From: Bacteroidota bacterium
GTDB lineage: Bacteria > Bacteroidota > Bacteroidia > 2-12-FULL-35-15
Assembly: GCA_040388745.1 (NCBI GenBank)
Contig: JAZKBF010000032.1
Coordinates: 82,246-146,245 of the forward strand
DNA length: 64,000 bases
Direction: 5' to 3'
Shown here: positions 31,778-42,790 of the stretch, one piece after another
How positions within the stretch are numbered: position 1 is the first letter of the stretch
How the letters are laid out: each line of letters starts with the position of its first letter
Made by a program: the position numbers and the translations under genes
Notes under the pieces: generated by a model
Told to the model about the DNA's origin: nothing
Database searches by the model: none
The model's input: the letters and a program-made list of their open reading frames with translations, nothing else

Positions 31778-31824
31778 TTTTTTATTTCAGACTCGTCTTA
31801 TTCTTTAAAGAAGAGTTTGGACTT

Positions 31825-32580
31825 TTAATAATAATAAAATGACTGAGGAGCTTTTTTATATAATGGTAAGATCCATGCAATTTTTCCTCCATATAATACA
31901 TCCAATCGTTTTTTTGTGTCTTGTTTCATCAGATCATAATCATAGCTTCTACGGCTCTTTGTAAATCCTTGCATACATTCAAAACCGAAATAAAAATTCA
32001 CCAATCGGTTATTGCTTAAATATAAATAACCTAAATTTTCACTTAGCATTAAGCCGTTCGACAGCCGGTCATAGCCCTTTTTGTATTCTTTAGATAATTG
32101 AGGAACGGTATTACCAATAGTTTCTATCCGTATTTTATGTTGTATAAAGCCTAAACCAATGTTGAACATTATCCCAGAGTTTGGATTTGGTTTTTTTAAA
32201 GGAAACAGTCTTCCCGCTGTAATTGAAATAGTAAATCCACGTTCATATAAACGGATGTCAGCAAATTCACCATTTTGGCTGATTATATTTCCGTCCGAAG
32301 TTGTAATACTATCAAAAATGCCTTTTTCTTTAATGTCTTTTCCAAAAAAATAATTGCCATTCATGCCAAATGTCCATTGTTTTTTTGTTTTAAAATCAAC
32401 ATTCAGATGAATAGCTGAGTTGTTTCCGAAACGTTGTGCCATATCCCCTAAAGGGATCTGATAACTATAGGAAAGTCCGATCAGTGGTGTATAAATAGAT
32501 GAATCTTTTACACTTACTTGTGCAGATAAACTGATTGAAATAAAAAAAGCGAAGAAAGCGAATAAAAATATTTTTTTCAT
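31825..32580 (-). CDS. Hypothetical outer-membrane beta-barrel protein.
   Basis: Signal peptide, alternating amphipathic beta-strand pattern and an aromatic C-terminus SFYYY. Confidence 0.45.
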   Translation of the reverse strand: MKKIFLFAFFAFFISISLSAQVSVKDSSIYTPLIGLSYSYQIPLGDMAQRFGNNSAIHLNVDFKTKKQWTFGMNGNYFFGKDIKEKGIFDSITTSDGNIISQNGEFADIRLYERGFTISITAGRLFPLKKPNPNSGIMFNIGLGFIQHKIRIETIGNTVPQLSKEYKKGYDRLSNGLMLSENLGYLYLSNNRLVNFYFGFECMQGFTKSRRSYDYDLMKQDTKKRLDVLYGGKIAWILPLYKKAPQSFYYY

Positions 32581-32831
32581 TTGGATAAAAATGTCCGCTA
32601 ATATAAGATTTTTATAGCGAATTCATTAGTTAAGAAAGTAACAGACATATTTCAATAGGCTCAATATGACCTGCTCATTGTCTGTCAAAGTTTGTCGAAG
32701 ACCTTTGGAAGGTATTTCTTTGAAAATACTTTAACTAAAAAATATTGATTTTATTGCGAATTCAATTCCTCAAATAGCTTAAAAATTTGTATAAATTCAG
32801 TATATTCGCATTCTTAAATCAAAATAATTAG

Positions 32832-33971
32832 ATGGAAAAAACAGCCAAAAAAATTCAGATGGTTGACTTAAAGGGTCAATATGAAAAAATTAAAACTGAA
32901 GTAGATGCGGCCATACAAAATGTATTAAACACTACTGCATATATTAATGGCCCTGAAGTTAAAGCATTTCAGGCTGAACTTGAACAGTATCTTGGTGTAA
33001 AACATGTGATACCTTGTGCAAACGGTACTGATGCATTGCAAATTGCAATGATGGCACTTGATTTAAAGCCGGGTGATGAAGTAATTACTGCCGACTTTAC
33101 CTATGTTGCTACCGCTGAAGTAATAGCCTTGTTGGGCTTAAAACCGGTGTTGGTAGATGTTATCCCTGATACGTTTGATATTGATATTGTTGCCATTGAA
33201 AAAGCAATCACTTCTAAAACAAAAGCAATTGTGCCTGTTCATTTATTTGGACAATGTGCTAATATGGAAGCTATAATGGCACTTGCTAAAAAACATAATT
33301 TATATGTTATCGAAGATAATGCCCAGGCAATTGGCTCGAATTATTTTTATAATGATGGGACTGTTAAAAAGGCCGGGACCATTGGAACAATTGGTTGTAC
33401 ATCATTCTTCCCTTCCAAAAATTTAGGCTGTTATGGTGATGGTGGCGCATTATTTACGAATGATGATGCACTTGCAGCAAAGGTCAGGATGATCGCCAAC
33501 CATGGACAATCGGTGCAATACGTGCACGATTCAATTGGTGTTAACTCCCGTTTAGATAGTATACAAGCAGCGATCTTAAGAATTAAATTACGCGAACTTG
33601 ATAATTATGCAGCAGCCCGTAACAAAGCAGCGGAATATTATGACAACGCTTTTGCAAACAATCCGAAACTTAAAACTCCGGTTAGAGCAAAGTATTCTAA
33701 TCACGTGTTTCATCAGTATACGGTGCAATTGAATGGCGTTGACAGAAATGCTTTGCGTGAATTTTTAGCAAGCAGAGATATTCCTGCAATGATCTACTAT
33801 CCCATCCCGTTGCACTTGCAAAAAGCATATTTAGATCCACGTTATAAAGCCGGAGATTTTCCGGTAACTGAAAAACTTTGCGCCTCAGTTGTTTCATTTC
33901 CAATGCATACAGAGTTAGACGAAGAAACATTAAAATATATTACAACCAGTGTTTTGGAATTTGTAAAATAA
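32832..33971 (+). CDS. DegT/DnrJ/EryC1/StrS-family PLP-dependent sugar aminotransferase.
   Basis: 379 aa in the aspartate-aminotransferase fold, with a GCTSFFPSKNLGCYGDGG region containing the PLP lysine. Confidence 0.85.
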   Translation: MEKTAKKIQMVDLKGQYEKIKTEVDAAIQNVLNTTAYINGPEVKAFQAELEQYLGVKHVIPCANGTDALQIAMMALDLKPGDEVITADFTYVATAEVIALLGLKPVLVDVIPDTFDIDIVAIEKAITSKTKAIVPVHLFGQCANMEAIMALAKKHNLYVIEDNAQAIGSNYFYNDGTVKKAGTIGTIGCTSFFPSKNLGCYGDGGALFTNDDALAAKVRMIANHGQSVQYVHDSIGVNSRLDSIQAAILRIKLRELDNYAAARNKAAEYYDNAFANNPKLKTPVRAKYSNHVFHQYTVQLNGVDRNALREFLASRDIPAMIYYPIPLHLQKAYLDPRYKAGDFPVTEKLCASVVSFPMHTELDEETLKYITTSVLEFVK

Positions 33972-34058
33972 AATTTCCCAGATCATCAACAGACTATTGA
34001 TTAAAACAAAATAGATTTTGGGTTTTAATCATCAAATTTTAAATTTTTAAATTGAATT

Positions 34059-35369
34059 ATGAACATAGCAGTAGTAGGTACAGGATATGTAGGGTTAGTA
34101 ACAGGTACATGTCTTGCTGAAACAGGTAATCACGTTATTTGTGTGGATATTAATGCAGATAAAATACAAAAAATGCAATCGGGTGTGGTGCCAATTTATG
34201 AGCCGCATTTAGATCTATTATTTGAACGGAATATCAAGCAAGGGCGGTTAACATTTACAACTAATCTCGAGGAAGCAATTGAAAAGGCGAAAATTATTTT
34301 TCTCGCATTACCCACTCCTCCGGGCGAAGATGGTTCTGCCGATCTAAGCTATATACTTGGTGTAGCATCCGATCTGGGGAAACTTATAAAAGAGTATAAA
34401 GTTATTGTAGATAAAAGTACTGTCCCTGTTGGTACTGCTGATAAAGTACGTGAAGCTATTGCAAAACATGCTCAATGCGAATTTGATGTAGTTTCAAATC
34501 CCGAATTTTTGCGCGAAGGTTATGCTGTTGACGATTTCCTGAAACCAGATAGAGTGGTTATTGGAACAAGCTCAGAAAAGGCACGCAAAACAATGGAAGA
34601 GTTATACAAACCATATGTTCGTCAAGGTAATCCAATTATTTTTATGGATGAAAAATCTGCTGAATTGACCAAATATGCTGCTAATGCTTTTTTAGCAACT
34701 AAAATTACCTTTATGAATGAAATCGCTAATCTTTGTGAAAAGGTAGGTGCAGATGTTGATGCAGTGCGTATTGGAATTGGTTCTGACGAGCGCATCGGTA
34801 AACGTTTTTTATTTCCTGGAATTGGTTATGGTGGAAGCTGTTTCCCTAAAGATGTTCAGGCACTTGCAAAATCAGCAAGCGATGTGAATTATGATTTTAA
34901 AATTTTGGATGCTGTAATGGATATTAACAGCAAACAAAAAACTATAATTGTTCCCAAAATTAAAAACTATTTTAACAATAATTTAGAAGGGAAAAAAATA
35001 GCATTATGGGGTTTGGCATTTAAACCAGATACCGATGATATTCGCGAAGCACCGGCATTGTATATTATTGAAGAACTGTTAAAAGAAGGTGCGAGTATCT
35101 CTGCTTACGATCCTGAAGCAATGCACAATGTGCGCACTTTAATTGGTGACCGGATCACCTACGCAATGGATGAATACGATGCGTTGCGTGATGCTGATAT
35201 ATTGTTAATTGCAACGGAATGGAGTTTATTCCGCACACCGGATTTTGAAAAGGTAACCTCTTTACTAAAAAATAAAGTAATATTTGATGGGCGTAATTTA
35301 TACGGGATCGACCAAATGAAGGAGCTTGGGTATTACTATTGTTCTATTGGAAGAGAAACAGTTAAATAA
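34059..35369 (+). CDS. ugd: UDP-glucose 6-dehydrogenase.
   Basis: N-terminal Rossmann VVGTGYVGLVTG and the catalytic GGSCFPKD motif, in a 436-aa protein. Confidence 0.85.
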   Translation: MNIAVVGTGYVGLVTGTCLAETGNHVICVDINADKIQKMQSGVVPIYEPHLDLLFERNIKQGRLTFTTNLEEAIEKAKIIFLALPTPPGEDGSADLSYILGVASDLGKLIKEYKVIVDKSTVPVGTADKVREAIAKHAQCEFDVVSNPEFLREGYAVDDFLKPDRVVIGTSSEKARKTMEELYKPYVRQGNPIIFMDEKSAELTKYAANAFLATKITFMNEIANLCEKVGADVDAVRIGIGSDERIGKRFLFPGIGYGGSCFPKDVQALAKSASDVNYDFKILDAVMDINSKQKTIIVPKIKNYFNNNLEGKKIALWGLAFKPDTDDIREAPALYIIEELLKEGASISAYDPEAMHNVRTLIGDRITYAMDEYDALRDADILLIATEWSLFRTPDFEKVTSLLKNKVIFDGRNLYGIDQMKELGYYYCSIGRETVK

Positions 35370-35523
35370 ATGGAGAATTAGAGAAGCGAAGAAATAGAAA
35401 GTTGGAGAGAGATAGAGAATTGAAAAATATTCAAATTATTAAATTACCAAACCTTTATTTTCTAATTCAACAAATCTCTAAATCACTAATTCTTTATAAT
35501 CCAGATCAATAATTTTTTAATTT

Positions 35524-36492
35524 ATGAAAAGAATATTAATTACCGGAGCAGCAGGTTTTTTAGGTTCGCACCTTTGTGATCGGTTCATCAAAGAAGGCTA
35601 CCATGTTATTGGCATGGATAACCTGATCACAGGGGATTTGAAGAATATTGAACACTTAATGAAACTGGAACATTTTGAATTTTATCATCATGATGTTTCT
35701 AAATTTGTTTTTGTTCCAGGTGAACTGGATTATATTTTACATTTTGCTTCACCTGCATCACCTATCGATTATTTAAAAATTCCTATTCAAACATTAAAAG
35801 TGAGTTCGCTTGGAACCCATAATTTGTTGGGATTAGCAAGAGTTAAAAAAGCGCGTATTCTGGTTGCGTCTACTTCTGAAGTATATGGTGATCCAATGGT
35901 GCATCCACAAACAGAAGAATATTGGGGCAATGTAAATCCTGTGGGACCTCGTGGTGTGTATGATGAAGCGAAACGTTTTATGGAAGCAATGACGATGGCG
36001 TACCATACTTATCATGGTTTGGAAACACGTATCATTCGTATTTTTAATACCTACGGACCACGCATGCGATTGAATGACGGCCGTGTATTGCCGGCATTCA
36101 TAGGTCAGGCTTTACGTGGTGAAGATCTTACAATTTTTGGTGATGGCTCTCAAACCCGTTCATTCTGCTATGTGGATGATCTGGTAGAAGGTATTTATCG
36201 TTTATTGCTGAGTGATCATGCGCAACCTGTTAATATTGGTAATCCACAGGAAATTACAATTAGACAATTTGCTGATGAAATAATAAAATTAACAGGTACA
36301 ACACAAAAAGTGGTTTCTAAACCATTACCTCAGGACGATCCAAAACAGCGTAAACCCGACATTACAAAAGCAAGAGCAATACTAGGTTGGGAACCGAAAG
36401 TAAACCGTGAAGAAGGATTGAAGATCACATATGATTATTTCAGAAATCTTTCCAAAGAGGAATTATACAAAACAGAACATCGGTTTGGGTAA
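35524..36492 (+). CDS. UDP-glucuronate decarboxylase (UDP-xylose synthase, UXS/ArnA-DH-like SDR).
   Basis: 322-aa extended SDR with [10 protein letters not shown] and a catalytic YxxxK region. Closely resembles UXS1-family sequences. Confidence 0.8.
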   Translation: MKRILITGAAGFLGSHLCDRFIKEGYHVIGMDNLITGDLKNIEHLMKLEHFEFYHHDVSKFVFVPGELDYILHFASPASPIDYLKIPIQTLKVSSLGTHNLLGLARVKKARILVASTSEVYGDPMVHPQTEEYWGNVNPVGPRGVYDEAKRFMEAMTMAYHTYHGLETRIIRIFNTYGPRMRLNDGRVLPAFIGQALRGEDLTIFGDGSQTRSFCYVDDLVEGIYRLLLSDHAQPVNIGNPQEITIRQFADEIIKLTGTTQKVVSKPLPQDDPKQRKPDITKARAILGWEPKVNREEGLKITYDYFRNLSKEELYKTEHRFG

Positions 36493-36526
36493 GTAATTTA
36501 GTTTTTATTGTTTAAAATATGATCGC

Positions 36527-36569
36527 AAAAAAACCGATATTATTCTAATAGAATAGTATCGGTTTTTTT
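36527..36569. terminator. Bidirectional rho-independent terminator between the convergent UXS and pdh E2 genes.
   Basis: AAAAAAA-CCGATATTATTCTA-ata-GAATAGTATCGG-TTTTTTT. Confidence 0.7.
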
Positions 36570-36600
36570 ATTTGATATAATTTGAAGTACTATTTCAATA

Positions 36601-37866
36601 TTAAATTGAATAAGCTCCCAGCATAAGCACCGGATTTTCCAAATTACGTTTTAAGGTTTGTAAAAATGCCGCGCCCAGCACTCCATCAACTACACGGTGG
36701 TCGCAGGATAGGGTAACTTTCATCAAATTACCCGGTACAATTTGTCCGTTTTTTACAACAGGTGTTTGTTTGATACCGCCCACTGCCAAGATACATGCGT
36801 CAGGAGGATTAATGATCGCAGTGAATTCCTCAATACCAAACATACCAAGATTTGAAATAGTAAATGTGTTTCCTTCCCAATCGCTTGGTTGTAATTTTTT
36901 ATCTTTTGCTTTAGCTGAATAATTGCGTACTTCAGTAGCAATTTGTGTTAATGTTTTTCCATCAGCAAAACGCACCACAGGCACTAATAAACCTTCGTCT
37001 ACTGCTATTGCCACACCGATATGAATGTGGTTGTTATAGCGGATCTTATCGCCCAACCAGGATGAATTGATTTTAGGATGCTTGCGCAAACTTGATGCGA
37101 CAGCTTTAATTATTAGGTCGTTGAATGAAATTTTTACACCAGCAACAGTATTGATAACTTCACGTGCCTTGATAATTTCATCCATATCAATTTCCATTGT
37201 TAAATAGAAATGTGGTGCTGAAAATTTACTTTCTGCTAATCTGCGGGCAATGGTTTTACGCATTTGAGAAACACCTTCTTCGGTATAACTTTCAACGCCA
37301 ACAAATTCAGGCATTCCGCCAGCTGATTTGTAATTATCAATATCACGTTTTATGATCCTTCCGCCATCTCCGCTGCCTTTTAATGTATTTAAACGAATGC
37401 CTTTATCTTCCGCTAATTTTTTTGCTAACGGAGATATTTTCTGACGTTCGTTGCCGTTACTTGTCGATTGCTGTTGGTTTACAGTAGTTGTTGCTGATGC
37501 AACAACTGTTTCATTTTTTGCAGTTGATTTTTCAGAAGAAGCTTCTTTTTTTGTCTCAGGTTTTACTTCTTCTTTTACTTCAGTTGATTTTTTTGCTTCT
37601 TCGGCAAGTACTGCAGAAACATCTTCACCCTCTTTTCCTAAAATAGCAAGTATGGAATCAACAGGTGCGCCTTTTCCTTCCTGAACACCAATGTGCAACA
37701 ATACCCCGTTTTGAAACGATTCAAATTCCATTGTTGCTTTATCTGTTTCGATATCAGCAAGCAACTCGCCTGATTTTACTTTATCGCCAACTTTTTTATG
37801 CCATTTTGCAACTACACCATCGGTCATAGTATCACTTAACTTGGGCATTCGTACAACTTCAGCCAT
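36601..37866 (-). CDS. Dihydrolipoyllysine-residue acetyltransferase (2-oxoacid dehydrogenase E2 component).
   Basis: N-terminal lipoyl domain (ETDKATMEFES), an Ala/Glu/Lys-rich linker, a subunit-binding domain and a C-terminal catalytic domain with the DHRVVDG motif. Confidence 0.85.
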   Translation of the reverse strand: MAEVVRMPKLSDTMTDGVVAKWHKKVGDKVKSGELLADIETDKATMEFESFQNGVLLHIGVQEGKGAPVDSILAILGKEGEDVSAVLAEEAKKSTEVKEEVKPETKKEASSEKSTAKNETVVASATTTVNQQQSTSNGNERQKISPLAKKLAEDKGIRLNTLKGSGDGGRIIKRDIDNYKSAGGMPEFVGVESYTEEGVSQMRKTIARRLAESKFSAPHFYLTMEIDMDEIIKAREVINTVAGVKISFNDLIIKAVASSLRKHPKINSSWLGDKIRYNNHIHIGVAIAVDEGLLVPVVRFADGKTLTQIATEVRNYSAKAKDKKLQPSDWEGNTFTISNLGMFGIEEFTAIINPPDACILAVGGIKQTPVVKNGQIVPGNLMKVTLSCDHRVVDGVLGAAFLQTLKRNLENPVLMLGAYSI

Positions 37867-37946
37867 ATTTTTTTTAATTATTGATTTCTTGATTTAGAGA
37901 GGTAGAGAATTGTAATTCTCAAAATCCCCAATCGCTAATTCTTTAT

Positions 37947-38990
37947 TTATTCTTTAATGTAAGGGTAATCGGTTTGTGTATACACATCTTTATACAACTC
38001 ATCAACGGTTGGGTAAGGCGAATCTTCACCAAACTTAACGGATTCAGCTACTATACTTTCAACACGATTTTCGATCACTTCAATATCAGCTTCACTAAGC
38101 CAATTGTTTTTTTTGATGGTTACCAACACCTTTTCGATAGGGTCTTGCGTTTGGTATTCTTTGACTTCCTCTTTAGTACGATACGTTTGTGCATCACTCA
38201 TCGAGTGCCCTTTGTAACGATATGTTTCCATCTCTAATAAAGTAGGCCCATCACCTCTGCGTGCTCTGGCAACTGCTGTTTCTACTGCTTCGTGAACAGC
38301 TTCACACGTCATTCCATCAACAGGAAAAGAAGGCATATCATAGGCTAAGCCTATTTTATATAAGTTATGTACATTGGAAGTACGTTCTACCGAAGTACCC
38401 ATTGCATAATAATTGTTTTCGATAATAAAAATTACAGGCAGTTTCCAAAACATGGCCATGTTAAATGCTTCATGCAATGCGCCTTGACGTACCGCCCCAT
38501 CGCCCATATAACAAAGCGTTACGTTGTCATTGCCATTATATTTATCAGCGTAAGCGATACCTGCACCTAATGGAATTTGTCCACCTACAATACCATGGCC
38601 GCCAAAAAAGTTAAACTCTTTTGAAAAAATATGCATAGAACCACCTTTTCCTTTTGAGCAACCGGTAGCTTTTGCCATCAATTCCGCCATGATATATTTT
38701 GGGTGCAGTCCACGACCTATTGGATGTGCATGGTCGCGATAAGCAGTAATAACACGATCTTCTCTGCGAAGCACTGATTCAGAACCTGCTACCAATGCTT
38801 CCTGTCCGATATAAAGATGACAGAAGCCGCGTATTTTTTGTTGAATATATAATTGACCTGTTTTTTCTTCAAATTTGCGCATCAGCAACATGGATTCGTA
38901 CCATTTTAGGTAGGTTTCTTTGCTGAATTTTGTTGGAGATTTAGTTTCATCCATAGCGCCCTTATTATTTTTTGCTGCAACTTTTCCCAT
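37947..38990 (-). CDS. pdhA: Pyruvate dehydrogenase E1 component, alpha subunit (TPP-dependent).
   Basis: 347 aa with the TPP-binding GDGA..QG motif (YMGDGAVRQGALHEAFN). No E1-beta gene sits between it and the E2 gene, so E1-beta is presumably encoded elsewhere. Confidence 0.85.
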   Translation of the reverse strand: MGKVAAKNNKGAMDETKSPTKFSKETYLKWYESMLLMRKFEEKTGQLYIQQKIRGFCHLYIGQEALVAGSESVLRREDRVITAYRDHAHPIGRGLHPKYIMAELMAKATGCSKGKGGSMHIFSKEFNFFGGHGIVGGQIPLGAGIAYADKYNGNDNVTLCYMGDGAVRQGALHEAFNMAMFWKLPVIFIIENNYYAMGTSVERTSNVHNLYKIGLAYDMPSFPVDGMTCEAVHEAVETAVARARRGDGPTLLEMETYRYKGHSMSDAQTYRTKEEVKEYQTQDPIEKVLVTIKKNNWLSEADIEVIENRVESIVAESVKFGEDSPYPTVDELYKDVYTQTDYPYIKE

Positions 38991-39118
38991 TAGTATCCCA
39001 TTAGTTTCAAATACAAATTTACAATAAAATTGTTATACAAATCAGATATGGGATATGAGTTTGAGATGGATAATTTCAATCTCATTTTGCTCTATCTCAA
39101 ATCTCAGATTTCAATACT

Positions 39119-39610
39119 TCATAAGTTCTTTAATTCCTCGGCTTTAAACATAAAAGGCAATAGATCAGCAATGCTATCAACAACCCTTATTTTACCTGTT
39201 TCACCCATCAGGATCACCCTGATATTTGACTTGTGGCGCATTTCGTATTCCGACATAGCTTGTCTGCAACCACCACATGGGGATAGAGGTTCGCCAACAT
39301 GAAAGGTTTTTGATTTGCAGGTAATTGCAATGGTTTTAATAGCAACGTCCGGATATTGTGCTCCTGCATAATACATTGCAACCCGCTCCGCGCATAAACC
39401 GCTTGGATAAGCTACATTTTCCTGATTATTGCCTGTAACGATCACTCCGTTTTCCAATAACAATGCTGCACCCACGTGAAAATTGGAATAAGGAGCATAG
39501 GCCAAACTGCCTGCATTTCTTGCCTTTAGGAGCAAGTCTTGTTCCGAAGAACTCAACTCGTTTTCATTATCATATTCAGTAAAGGCAATTTTTAGTTCTA
39601 ATTTTTTCAT
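39119..39610 (-). CDS. cdd: Cytidine deaminase.
   Basis: CAER and PCGGCRQ zinc-binding motifs in a 163-aa protein. Confidence 0.85.
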   Translation of the reverse strand: MKKLELKIAFTEYDNENELSSSEQDLLLKARNAGSLAYAPYSNFHVGAALLLENGVIVTGNNQENVAYPSGLCAERVAMYYAGAQYPDVAIKTIAITCKSKTFHVGEPLSPCGGCRQAMSEYEMRHKSNIRVILMGETGKIRVVDSIADLLPFMFKAEELKNL

Positions 39611-39837
39611 TCAGAATAGTATGTCAAATGCATTATTTTTTATCAAATATAATCGGAACTATTAATATAAATGCCCTAAAACCCAAAAACATAAAATTTA
39701 TTCCGGAATTATGGGGATATTGAAAAATACAATTTTGTTTAAAGAGGATAAATACAGTAATTGATTTGTTATTTATCCTTAGCCATATGGTTTGTATAAA
39801 TAAAAATAGATGCTGCTTGGCAATAAAATCAGGATAA

Positions 39838-40599
39838 TTATTTTAAAACTTCGGTCATGTTAAATTCACCATGAGTTCCACTTATTTTTCGAAATCCTTT
39901 TTGCGCACTACCAACTACATTAAACAACATTTCTCCTTGCGCATAGGGAATAATGCTGTCGATTGGCGTGTGGCAAACTAATACCGGAGCTTTGGCATTT
40001 GGAGCTAACAATGCTGTGTTTAGGATACTCCCACTAAATATACAAAGGATCTTATATTTGTCTTCGCACATTTTTGTCATGCTGTAAAAAGTATTTATTG
40101 TAATTACTTTTTTTAGTTCGGGATATTGAACTGCTGCATACATAGCAGGTGAGCCTCCCAGGGAGTGCCCCAAGACAACTACATTTTTTAATTCGATATT
40201 TTTTTCTTTTAAAAATTTAATCGCGATATCAACCATTTCGTAAATATTTTCGGTGGATGGTTGGCCTGTAGATCTTGAATATCCAGGGTAAGCCGGGGAG
40301 CAAACATTTCCAAATGGATGCATGTCATCTATCACTTTTGTTAAACGTCCTATATTGCCATGAAAGTATAAGTAGGTGATCTTTGCGGTGTCGTTTGGCA
40401 ACCAAAGAATATCAAGGCTATCCCCAGCTTTGTTTTTTTTGAATTCCTGAACAGCCTGAATAGGGTATGCCACATTTTTACTTTTCGCGATCTTAAAAAT
40501 TATTTTTGGAGATACAATAAACAGTGTATAGGAAGCTACTAACCATAGCGCTATTAGAACCGCCACTGTTATTGTTATCCGTTTTAATCTCTTGCTCAT
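39838..40599 (-). CDS. Alpha/beta hydrolase (lipase/esterase-like), membrane-anchored.
   Basis: GHSLGG nucleophile elbow. Start chosen at MSKRLKRITITVAVLIALWLV, a signal anchor; the longer ORF reaches 40665. Confidence 0.65.
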   Translation of the reverse strand: MSKRLKRITITVAVLIALWLVASYTLFIVSPKIIFKIAKSKNVAYPIQAVQEFKKNKAGDSLDILWLPNDTAKITYLYFHGNIGRLTKVIDDMHPFGNVCSPAYPGYSRSTGQPSTENIYEMVDIAIKFLKEKNIELKNVVVLGHSLGGSPAMYAAVQYPELKKVITINTFYSMTKMCEDKYKILCIFSGSILNTALLAPNAKAPVLVCHTPIDSIIPYAQGEMLFNVVGSAQKGFRKISGTHGEFNMTEVLK

Positions 40600-40718
40600 G
40601 GTATTGTTTTTGATTTCAAGTAAAGGTATGAATAGTTTTGAATAGTTTCTTCTTCCATATCTCAACTAAATATTTACAAATAAGTTAAGGGGATCAAAAA
40701 TTGAAAAAGATAACCTTA

Positions 40719-40802
40719 ACCGCAAAGACGCTAAGGCGCAAAAGTGTTGATACTAAACTGTTTGTTTTTTAATTTTTCTTTGCGTCTCTGCGTCTTTGCG
40801 GT
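40719..40802. repeat. Imperfect ~25-bp inverted repeat ACCGCAAAGACGCTAAGGCGCAAAAG / CTTTGCGTCTCTGCGTCTTTGCGGT with a ~30-nt spacer.
   Basis: Lies between the TPR-membrane-protein stop (40838) and the hydrolase start. Plausibly a terminator or attenuator stem. Confidence 0.5.
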
Positions 40803-40837
40803 AAAAAATGAATTTTTAGAACTGCCCTAAATGGGTA

Positions 40838-42790
40838 TTACTTCAATTTGGCAGGTAATGCAGACATCCCTTGTTTTGCTTCCTGATTATCAGGGTCAAG
40901 TAAAAGTGTTTTTGTCCACGCTTCCCTGGCTTTTTCAAAATCCCCTATAGTATAACTTACACCACCTAGATTATACCAATAATCGGCATTGTTGGGGTCC
41001 ACCTCTAATGCTTTTTCAAGTAATTTAAGAGCTTCAGAAGGGTGTTTTGACCCCATATTCATTGCATCATTGAAATAAACGCTACCCATTAATTTTAAAT
41101 TGTTTTTTAAAAAAGGATTATTGGGGTAGATTTTTTTTGCAATTTCCCAGTTGGCCCTTGCCTTATCATAGTCTTTTAATTTAAAATAAGCTACACCTAT
41201 GTTTAAATAACCATTTACATACTCTTTATGAATCGCAACAGACTTACTCAAATGATAGATCGCTTTTATAATAAGTTCTTTTTCCTGTGCTTTATTCTCC
41301 GGCTTTTCCGAAAGATCAATGTATGCTTTACCGGCATTCCCATTTACTAATGCACTGTTTGGAACTGTTTGTGCATCGGCAATAAAAAGACTTGTATCAT
41401 TCTTCCATTGGGCATTTCGTGCAATTGTTTTTATAGTACACCAGCCTGTAATTAAAATTCCCAAAGCAATTCCAATAATTATTTTTGTATTTGTTTGTTT
41501 GACTTTTGTCAACAACCAAACTGCCAGAACCGCTATTATTATTGCAAAACCAAAGGAGGAGTGATAAACCAATCGTTCACCCATTGTTGCTCCCAGATCC
41601 ATTAAAAAATTAGAGACCAAAAACAAATGCAACAAATAAAACGCAAGTGCAAATGATAAAATATTACGTTTAAAAAATAAAATAAATGTTGCCGTGATCA
41701 TTGATAAATGAACCATTATAGACATCCATACCCAGCCATTACTAAAATTAGTATAGGGGATGGTGTTGTATGAATAATCGCTGGACAGTGGGTTTGGATA
41801 AAACAATAACCGTAAATAATCATTTAATATTTCAATTTTTGTTGCCCATTTTTCAGGTGTTGTTGCAAACTTAAAAGGGTTGTTAAGTACATCAGGATTG
41901 TCCACTGCCCCGCCTTTTCCAACAATTGAAAAGCGAATGAATAAATAAATAGCTGCGACTAAAATAAACGGAATGGTGGATATGATGCTTTCTTTGAGAG
42001 TGCTGCCTTTAACAATGTATAAAAGCATTGGAATCAATAACAATAATGTTATTGCATATTCTTTTGAAAGAAAGGCCAGAAAATAAAATACCATTCCATA
42101 AAACAATTGTTTTTTTTCTTTGTTCTCATGATATCGCAACAGCGCGATAAACGTAAGAATGATAAAAAGAAAAGATAAAATTTCGTCACGACTTTTTACA
42201 TTCGCAACTACTTCGGTATGTATCGGGTGGATCAAAAAAATCAGGCAGGCAATGAAAGCGATGAGTGGATTATCTTTGAAAATAAAATTTCGTAAAAAAT
42301 ACAAAAGCACCAATATCGATAAAATATAAAATACAACATTTAATACATGTCTTATAAAGGCTGCATCTTCGTCAGGTTTTTCTTTTTCTTTGGAACCGAA
42401 AAATTCTTGTTCAATAGCGAAAGTTACAACAGAAAGTGGTCTGTACCGCCCCCCGGAAAGCTGCTGTTTTGCATGCATTTGCCTATAAAAGCTGTCGTAA
42501 GCATCGGTACTTAAAATTTTTGGAATACCACGAACACCACGTTGTACATAGTCGTTTTTTTGGATCACAATACCATCATCCAACGCATATTCATTAGTAA
42601 ATGAATTGGAATACAAAATAAAACCAAGTATCACTAAAATCAACGCCTGAATTTTAAAACTACCAAATGCAGAGAATGCAATCCCTTTTGCGGAAGGGTG
42701 GGTATGGGCCGTTCCACCACTTTTCTCTGCCAATGAAAATGAAACCCCTTGCTTACTTTTCTCTGAAGAATGCGTTTTTTTAGGATTCAT
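40838..42790 (-). CDS. Polytopic membrane protein with C-terminal TPR repeats. PMT_2/DUF2723-type glycosyltransferase-like, resembling protein O-mannosyltransferase-like enzymes.
   Basis: 650 aa with about 10 transmembrane helices in the first 450 aa, followed by YxxLG/AxxxY TPR-like repeats. Confidence 0.55.
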   Translation of the reverse strand: MNPKKTHSSEKSKQGVSFSLAEKSGGTAHTHPSAKGIAFSAFGSFKIQALILVILGFILYSNSFTNEYALDDGIVIQKNDYVQRGVRGIPKILSTDAYDSFYRQMHAKQQLSGGRYRPLSVVTFAIEQEFFGSKEKEKPDEDAAFIRHVLNVVFYILSILVLLYFLRNFIFKDNPLIAFIACLIFLIHPIHTEVVANVKSRDEILSFLFIILTFIALLRYHENKEKKQLFYGMVFYFLAFLSKEYAITLLLLIPMLLYIVKGSTLKESIISTIPFILVAAIYLFIRFSIVGKGGAVDNPDVLNNPFKFATTPEKWATKIEILNDYLRLLFYPNPLSSDYSYNTIPYTNFSNGWVWMSIMVHLSMITATFILFFKRNILSFALAFYLLHLFLVSNFLMDLGATMGERLVYHSSFGFAIIIAVLAVWLLTKVKQTNTKIIIGIALGILITGWCTIKTIARNAQWKNDTSLFIADAQTVPNSALVNGNAGKAYIDLSEKPENKAQEKELIIKAIYHLSKSVAIHKEYVNGYLNIGVAYFKLKDYDKARANWEIAKKIYPNNPFLKNNLKLMGSVYFNDAMNMGSKHPSEALKLLEKALEVDPNNADYWYNLGGVSYTIGDFEKAREAWTKTLLLDPDNQEAKQGMSALPAKLK

